From assembly GCA_009914755.4 (NCBI GenBank), contig CP068257.2, forward strand, positions 27,584,001 through 27,648,000: a stretch of DNA of 64,000 nt. Direction: 5' to 3'. This DNA comes from the human T2T-CHM13v2.0 reference genome, Homo sapiens. Positions 55,155 through 64,000 of the stretch are shown here, piece by piece (the stretch's first letter is position 1; each line of letters opens with the position of its first letter). The translations under genes were made by a program, and so were the position numbers. Under the pieces are notes generated by a model. The model was not told the origin of the DNA. It made no database searches and worked only from the letters and a program-made list of their open reading frames with translations.

Positions 55155-55943
55155 AAGGAACAGTAGATTAACATGAGATTAAACATGCCACATATTTTTA
55201 GGTTATCAATTATACTCAAAGATTCATAATAAAATATATTGACACAAAATAGTTATATATTGGAGTAACAGGCAAAAATAAAAAAGCAACATTTACAATG
55301 AAACATGAAACTTCAAATGAATTCTGAAGTTTTTGCCATATCTTCAGACTTGGTGAGGAGATGTGGGAATAGGTATAAGGTGAGACAAACTGCATTTTTA
55401 TGTTTCTCTATCACTAGGGGTTCCTTCCCAGAAAAGCTTGTTTGAGATGTACTATCACCCTATAGGGAACTATCCTTACATATGTAATATCTTGGAATTG
55501 TCTGTTTGCCTATATGTTTTAGATACAATTTTTCTTTTAGTTTAGATTATGTTCTCCAGGACAGGGTTATATTTCTTAATTACTTTTTAGGATAATATAA
55601 GGTCATTATAGTTTTTAATTAATAAAAATTAAAAGTCTTGAAAATCTTTTGAAGTTTTAGTGGGGAGGTAAACAGGTGCAGTAACTTTGGAAAACAGATG
55701 GATATTCATATACCAGGTGAGTTAGCAGTTTTATTCTTAGGAATATATGAGAAGCTCTTGCACATGTTTAAGACTGGTCACAGCAACACTGTTCCTAAAA
55801 GCAAAAACCTGGAAAGAACTCAAATGCACATCAACAGGAGTGTGGATTCAAGAATTGTTGTGTAATCACACAATGAAATATTACATAGCATTCTTACCTA
55901 ATAAGACACTACAATACCCACAATTGGATAAATCTTACAAATA

Positions 55944-56022
55944 TTAGGTTGGAGCAAAAGTAACTGTGTTGTTTTCTATTAAAAGCAATGACGAAAACCG
56001 TAATTACTTTTGCATCAACTTA
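55944..56022. mobile_element. MADE1 (Hsmar1-derived mariner MITE), about 79-bp palindromic element with TA TSD
   Basis: ttaggttggagcaaaagtaactgtgttgttttctattaaaagcaatgacgaaaaccgtaattacttttgcatcaacttaa resembles the MADE1 consensus ttaggttggtgcaaaagtaattgcggtttttgccattaaaagtaatggcaaaaaccgcaattacttttgcaccaacctaa; flanked by ta on both sides; the two arms are reverse-complementary (a hairpin). Confidence 0.82.
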
Positions 56023-56067
56023 ATATACTATCCAATGGAAAAAAGTTATCAGGACACTATCTATAGC

Positions 56068-56308
56068 ATACTACCTTTACATAATATAAATGCTGGTCCC
56101 TGTATATCAATGTGTCACTGAGTTTTGCAGTTTTGGTAGGTCACACAATAGAAATGAAAGGGTTAGTTTAAATATCTAACTTGTAACACAAATAGCTTTT
56201 TTTAGGCATATTAAAACTTTTACTAAAAAGAAAAAAGATTTAAACGTGTTAGAATGGATATAGCAAATTATGGATTTTATGTTTTTAGTGAATTTAATAA
56301 TAAATAAA
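56068..56308 (+). repeat. Copy 1 of an about 240-bp dispersed direct duplication (partner at 57107-57352)
   Basis: ataatataaatgctgg...caatgtgtcactgagttttgcagttttggtaggtcacacaatagaaatgaaagggttagtttaaatatctaacttgtaacacaaatagctttttttaggcatattaaaacttttactaaaaagaaaaaagatttaaacgtgttagaatggatatagcaaattatggattttatgtttttagtgaattt; roughly 95% identical to copy 2. Confidence 0.8.
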
Positions 56309-56439
56309 TACAAGTATATAGATTTATGTTTATATATAGGTAAAAATTAAAAGAGCAAAACAATATTTTTGTTGAATTGAACGTAATATAATTTTAAAAA
56401 CTGATACTCTCCTGATGTAGTACTTAAGCATTAGATTCC

Positions 56440-56982
56440 AATTAAGGTTCATGGTAGCCAGCCTCCAAGATGGCCCTGAGTGATCCTGAACTCCTCATGT
56501 TCATGCCCTTTTGCAGTACCCTCCTACTTGGATTAGGATGGAGTTTTGTAGCTATAGGATATTGTGGAAATAACCATGTGTGACTTCTGAAGCTAGACTG
56601 TGAAAAGACAATGCAGCTTCTGTCTTGCTCTGTCTTGGGTCTCTCACTTTTATGGGGAGCCAGTCACTATATCATGAGGATTCTCAAGCAGCCCATGGGG
56701 AAGCCCAGAAGAGGAGGATCTGAAGCCTCCTGCTGGGAAACAGCAGCAGGTGAGTGAGCTTTCTTGGGAACAATCCTAAGCTTCGTCCAACCCTTCAGGT
56801 GACTGTGGTCCTGGACAGCATCTTGACTACAACCTCATGAGAGACTCTGAGCCAGAACCACTCAGCTAACTGTTCCCAAATTCCTGACCTGCAGAAACTG
56901 GGAGTTAATACATATTTATTGCTATTTTGAGCTGTTATGATTTACAGTAATTTATTACACAGCCATAGACTAATACAAAATT
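56440..56982 (+). mobile_element. LTR-like interspersed repeat (same unassigned ERVL/MER-type family as 32380-32962), lying between the two 240-bp direct repeats
   Basis: ..ccagcctccaagatggccctgagtgatcctgaactc...caggtgagtgagctttcttgggaacaatcctaagc...caggtgactgtggtcctggacagcatcttgactacaacctcatgagagactctgagccagaaccactcagctaactgttcccaaattcctgacctgcagaaactgggagttaatacatatttattgctattttgagctgttatgatttacagtaatttattacacagccatagactaatacaa. Confidence 0.35.
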
Positions 56983-57106
56983 AGCTAGTTATGGTTCTTT
57001 TATACTTAATGCTTCCAGTGGCTATTTTTTTCATACCAAGCGCCTTAACATTCAACATATTAACAATAAATTATTTCAAAATAACTCGTGCTCTGTTATG
57101 TGTCAC

Positions 57107-57352
57107 TTCACATAATATAAATGCTGGTCATAATATATATACATAATATAAATGCTGGACACATCTCAATGTGTCACTGAGTTTTGCAGTTTTAGTAGGT
57201 CACACAATAGAAATGAAAGGGTTAGTTTAAATATCTAACCTGTAACACAAATAGCTTTTTTTAGGCATTTTAAAACTTACTAAAAAGAAAAAAGATTTAA
57301 ACATTGTGTTAGGATGGATATAGCAAATTATGGATTTTATGTTTTTAGTGAA
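57107..57352 (+). repeat. Copy 2 of the about 240-bp direct duplication (contains an extra about 25-bp internal duplication ataatataaatgctgg..)
   Basis: ataatataaatgctggtcataatatatatacataatataaatgctggacacatctcaatgtgtcactgagttttgcagttttagtaggtcacacaatagaaatgaaagggttagtttaaatatctaacctgtaacacaaatagctttttttaggcattttaaaacttactaaaaagaaaaaagatttaaacattgtgttaggatggatatagcaaattatggattttatgtttttagtgaatttt. Confidence 0.8.
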
Positions 57353-60114
57353 TTTTCCTATGGATTTTTCTAGTTTTCCTTTCCCCCATTGATTAAATTA
57401 AAACCTCTATATTATCCATGAGTTCCTTAACAGAAGTCCTGGTGCCTGGAAATTATTTATATAATGAATAATAGCTGCCATTTTTGAGCACTTATCGGGG
57501 TAGAGGTTGTGCTAAGGCTTTTATATTCATTTCCTCATGCAATTAGAAGAATTAGATGAGAAAGGAAGGCAATCACCACAGAAAGGAAGGCAATCACCAG
57601 GAAGAGGTATTATCCAGAAAGTAGGAATGAGAAAGGGAAAGATAAAATGATGTTATTTGTTTTCCTTATGTTTTTTGACTTTGTTTTTTTAGAGCAGTTT
57701 TAGGTTCACTGCAAAATTGAGAGGAAGGTACAGAGGTTCCCCATGTCTCCCCACCCCACACATGCATAGCCTCCACCATTATTGACATCCCCTACCAGAG
57801 TGGTACATTTGTTGCAGTCAATAAACCTAACTGACACATCATTATCACCCAGAGTCCATAGTTTACATTCAGGTTCACTCTTGGTGTTCGGCATTCTATG
57901 AGTTTGGACAAATGTATAATGACATGTTTTCCTTATTTTCAATGGTTCTTTGAAGAGCATTCATAGTGCTTCATTAAAATATATTTCTTTTTATATTGTA
58001 TTTTTCTTAATTGAAACACATAAACATTTTGTCATTTAGCTGCAATTTCATTCAATTTAAAATGCATTTCATCTTCATAAGAAGTAATTTATAGTTTAAA
58101 TTTAAAATATTACCTTTTAAAATGATGATCTTTAATATACAGTGAAAGCTTAAGTTTTTAGCATAGTAGATAGTATAACTAGAGCTTGGTGATTAATGCT
58201 AAGCTAGTGAGTGAACTACTTTATTATGGAAATAAATAAGTATAAAATATTAATTTATCTCTTAAAATTTGAAGTACTAAGTTTTATTCCTCATAATTAC
58301 TTGTATTTTTCCCAATTGAATACTTCTACTTTTTGAAGAAAGATATAACTGTGTTGAATGTTATAATTCACTGGCAGTCATGATATACTTTTTAAAGACT
58401 GAGCCTGTTAACATGATTTTAATAAAAATCAGGAGAGTGAAAATTTAAACTAAAAACAGATTCCAGCTTTCTCCAACATCTTTATCACTTTCCTTATGGG
58501 CAGTGTTAAATGTATCTTATTCTCTTTAATTTTTCCTTATTGAGTTTAAAGTAATAACAAATAGCAAATCTTAAATGTGACTTAAGTATATACTAAGTGT
58601 TCCCTATTGACTGACTCCTATTCATTTATTTCTCCTGTTGGATATTTTCGTAAGCATGTAGCATAGAGCTATTAGGAAGGTTGGAGAAGGTTCCAATCAG
58701 GAGATGAATTTTGAGCTGGTCTTGAAAGCAAGTAATGAGTGAAAAAGAGGTGAGGTGGGTGACTTTGGGTACAATTCCATTCAGGATGAGATGATAGCAG
58801 GTGAAAAAGTACAGAGCTAATTTTTTCTATAAAGCAACAGAAAGCTGAAAAAATTAAATTTCAAAACAATACCAGTTACAATACTATCAACCATCATAAC
58901 ATATTAAGAATAAATTCAACCAAATGTGTGGTAGGCAATTTTTGTATATCAGCTTTGTATTCTCTGACCTCATTAAATTCACTTATTAATTCTAGTAAGT
59001 TAAAATTTTTTTCTTATGATTTTTCTACATAAAAGAACATATCAACTACTAATATGAAGTCTTCTGTTCACTTTTTACGTTATTTATTTATGTATTTTTG
59101 CCTTATTGAACTGGCTATTACCTCTAGTATAGCACAAACTACAAAACATTGCAGAGAATAAGTAAAATATATCTAAATATATCTAATATAAAATATATCT
59201 AAATAAATAATGAAATATACCATGTTTATACGTTGGCAGATTCAAGACTGTTAGGACATCTATTCTCTCCCAAATATAAACTTAACACTATTCCAAATAA
59301 AATCTCAGCATGCTTTAAAAAAAATCTAGAGGCCAATTCTAATATATTTATGGATTGCTGAAGACCTAGAATATGCACATTCTGAAAAAAAATTTTATTG
59401 GAGAATTCACACACCTGATTTCAAGGTATACTTTAAAGCTTCTATAATTGAGACAATATGGCATTAGTATAAGGAGAGACAAGTAGATCCAAGAAAAAAA
59501 AAAGTGTCTAGAAGTTGTTCCATAGTTACATGGTAATCAATTTTTGGCAAAGTGCCAAAGTAAATCAATGGGAAAAGAACAATTTCAACAAATGATGTGG
59601 TACATCTGTATGTCTGCATGGGAAAATAAATTAACCCTGACCTCTGCCTCACACCATCCACAACATTTTTTAAGATGGGAAGTAGACCTCAATGTAAAAG
59701 ATAAAATGGTAAAACTTCCAGAAGCATAGGAGAATGTCTTTGTGCTCTTGCCACTGCCATCGATTTTTAGGCTAGGACACAAACACTATCTATAAAAAGA
59801 AAAACTGATAAGACTTCAGAACAATACATCATTAGGATAATTAAAAGGCAGAATAAACAAGAATAAAATATTATCTCTCTTGCTCTGTGTGTGTGTGCAC
59901 ATGTGTATGTGCGAGCATGTGCATCTTAAATCCGGAATACATAAAGAACTCTTAAAAATCAAGAATAAAAGTATAAACAGGCAGTAATACATAGGCAAAG
60001 ACTTGAATAGATACTGCACAAAAGAAAATATAGGAATGGCCAATAAATACATGGAAAAGTAACAAGGTGTTCAGCGTCATTGGTTGTCAGTGAAATGGAA
60101 ATACATCTCCATAA

Positions 60115-60401
<287 letters not shown>

Positions 60402-60563
60402 TGAGAACATGTCATACCCACTAGAATGACTAGTGCTTAAAAAATGGACAATATAAGAGTTGCAGGGAATGTGGAGCTCACACATTGCTGATGGGAGTGT
60501 AAAATGTTACAAAACTTTAGAAAACAGTTTGGGATTTCTCATAAAGTTATAAATACACCTATT

Positions 60564-60858
<295 letters not shown>

Positions 60859-62653
60859 GGGCAGGGGGAACCACCTATCTTAGGTCCAGCAATCCCACTG
60901 CTAGGGAAATGAGGGAAATAAAAACAAATATTCATAAAAAATATTGTATATGAATATAACACTTTTATCCATAATAGTCTAAACCTGAAACAACCCACAT
61001 GCCCTTCAATAGGTGAATGGATAAGCAAATTTATGATACAGTCAAACAAATGACTATTTCTCAGCAATAAAATGAATGAACTATTGATACACACAATAAT
61101 GTGGGTGAATCCATACTTTCCAATTCTTTTAATTGAGGCTTGAGAACAGCAAAAATTAAGCCATGGTCAAAGAAATTGGATCAGGTGTTGCTTGGAGGAG
61201 AGGGAGGATAAGTCATGGTAAAGGGGCATGAGAGAATCTTCTGACATGATGGGAATGTTCTAGATCATGATTGGGGTTGCACATATATATACATTTGTCA
61301 AAACTCACAGAACTGTACACTTAAAATCTGTGCAGTTAGTGTAATAAATTTTACACTGACTAATCCAATTAAGAGATTGAAAAAGCCACAGAATAAGGAA
61401 AAATCTAAAAGACATATACCCCTAAGTTATATATTTTCAAAATCTTCCTAGAACTCATTAAGAAAAATACAGACAGTCCAATGAAAAAAGCCAAATGACT
61501 TGAGCAAGACCTCACATATCAGGGTTTTCAAAATGGTCAATAAATTTATGAAATGTGGCTTAACATCATGGAAATGCAAATTAAAACCACAATGAATGTC
61601 ATTACCCAACAACCAGAATGGGAGAAACTTCAAAAACTGACAGTGCCAGGTGTCTTAGTGGATGTGAAATACTTGGAACTCTCATACACCACTCATTGGA
61701 ATGTTAATTGAAGAACTATTTAGGAAAGTTGTTGGGCAGCATCTGTGAATGCTGATCCTCTGCATATCCTTTGATCTAGTAATCCCATTCCTAGTTTTAT
61801 ACCCAAAACAAATGTGCATATAAATGTACCAGGAAGCATTTGCAAGTATGTTCATGGCAACTTTATTCATAATGGCCTCAAACATGCCTACCAACCATAC
61901 AATGGATACATGCACTGTGGTACATTCATACATGCAATGAAATACGGATATTATTGCTACTCCTAATAACAGGGATAAATTTTGCAAAAAAAAAAAAAAA
62001 ATAGAGCTAAAGAAGCCAGACACAAGATTATATACTGTATAATTCTACTTCAAAATTAATTTAAACTTACATGAAGTTCAAAAAACTGGTAAAACGAATC
62101 TGTGGTATTTGGTTGCTGAATAATGGTTATCTTTTGGGGACACAGGTAATTATTGGTAAGGTACACCAGGGAGTCATCTGGGATAATAGAAAAATTCTAC
62201 ATACTGATTAGGTGGTGTTTACATAGGTGTATTCACCTTGTAAAAAAAAATTAAGTTTTATACTTACGATTAATGTATCTTTCTATATGCATGCTTCATT
62301 TTAATAAAAGATTTATATTAAATTAAAATGGAAGAAATAATGAAGGCCTGAAGTAATGTTAATAGAGAGAAGGGGAGAAAAGTGCCTGATTTTAAGGATA
62401 TTTCAGAGGTAAATTCCATAGGATTTGGTGATTGATTGGTTTTGAGGAATCCAGATGAAATAGAGATGAGAACAAGCTAGCCTGGTGGAAGAGGGTGATA
62501 TCATCAATGGAGACTGAAAATATAAGCAACGAAGGAGTTTGAGGTGAGGAACGAGATGGGGTGATGGAGGAAGTAGGATCATAAAATGGATGTACAGAAT
62601 TAAGAAACTTTGGGACTATGGTTATGCCTGGGGCAACTGAAAGTAAAGATCTG

Positions 62654-62947
62654 CTGGGCATGGTGGCTCATGCCTGTAATTCCAGCACTTTGGGAGGTTG
62701 AGGGAGTGTGGATCGCTTCAGCCCAGGAGTTTGAGACCAGCCTGGGAAATATGGTAAAACCCCGTCTCTACAAAATACAAAAAAATTAGCTGGGCATGGT
62801 GGTGCATGCCTGTAGTCACCTATTTGGGAGGCTGAGGCAGGAGAACCACTTGAGTCCAGGAGGTCAAAGTTGCAGTGAGCCGAGATTGCGCCATTGCACT
62901 CCAGCCTGGGTGACAGAGAGAGACTCTGTCTCAAAAGAAGAAAAAAA
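62654..62947 (+). mobile_element. Full-length Alu with 13-bp TSD
   Basis: ggctgggcatggtggctcatgcctgtaattccagcactttgggaggttgagggagtgtggatcgcttcagcccaggagtttgagaccagcctgggaaatatggtaaaaccccgtctc...ggtgacagagagagactctgtctcaaaagaagaaaaaa; TSD aagtaaagatctg both sides. Confidence 0.92.
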
Positions 62948-63364
62948 GTAAAGATCTGAAAGCTTAGAAATAGGTTAGGGAGGGGGATATTGTCTTCCCA
63001 TCATTATTATATAAGGTAGTTTGCCATAACTATCATATGAGGTATTTAGGTCATCCTTTTTTGCTGATTTCACCTTGGCTTTATTCTACACTTTGATCTA
63101 GTATGTAAGCTTTTTTTTTCTTTCTTAAATCTCTTTGATTCTTCTGATTGCTTCCTCCTTATGTATAACCTCATCTGTTTTTTAAATGGATTGGATGGAG
63201 AGTTCAAACCTCACCTGACTTCCTGCACTAAAGCTCTTGTTTGTTTGGAATACAATTTGGGGGTGTTATCTCCTTATCTAAGCAACGTTTATGGTTGTGT
63301 AATCATTCTATTCTAAGTTTGTTTGCATTGTACTATAAGATGCCTTTTTCTATGCTTGGAGTTT

Positions 63365-64000
<636 letters not shown>

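Overview
This window is primate (human-type) nuclear DNA, not a prokaryotic locus. The evidence is about 22 Alu SINEs with decayed CpGs, poly(A) tails and target-site duplications, plus L1, MIR and THE1/MaLR repeats and a Tigger1 transposon. None of the supplied six-frame ORFs looks like a real gene. Each one lies in an Alu, a THE1/MaLR LTR, a Tigger1 transposase remnant, or a frameshifted GAPDH processed pseudogene (4508-5739). About half of the window can be assigned to interspersed repeats. Features that are secure by eye: the GAPDH retro-pseudogene; a full-length THE1-class ERVL-MaLR (LTR-internal-LTR, 34060-36341) with a 5-bp target-site duplication (TSD) CCAAG, inserted into a MIR; six further THE1/MST solo LTRs and four older MaLR LTRs; a near-complete Tigger1 DNA transposon with TA TSDs (43992-46328); a MADE1 mariner MITE hairpin (55944-56022); at least five L1 fragments; several MIRs; and microsatellites. 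I see no CRISPR array, no operon and no convincing protein-coding exon. The region is most likely intronic or intergenic. Points worth a second look: an ERV1-like solo LTR with CCAAT/TATAAA/AATTAAA signals nested inside an older MaLR LTR (14967-15395); an unexplained GC/CpG-rich 0.8-kb block (16000-16760); a 240-bp direct duplication bracketing an LTR-like element (56068-57352); a young AluY-like insertion inside a THE1 LTR (63407-63716); and the MADE1 hairpin as a miR-548-type precursor candidate. All coordinates are by-eye estimates (roughly +/-5 bp) and subfamily assignments are provisional. The window is repeat-rich but otherwise ordinary accessory DNA, and I found no novel biological system in it.
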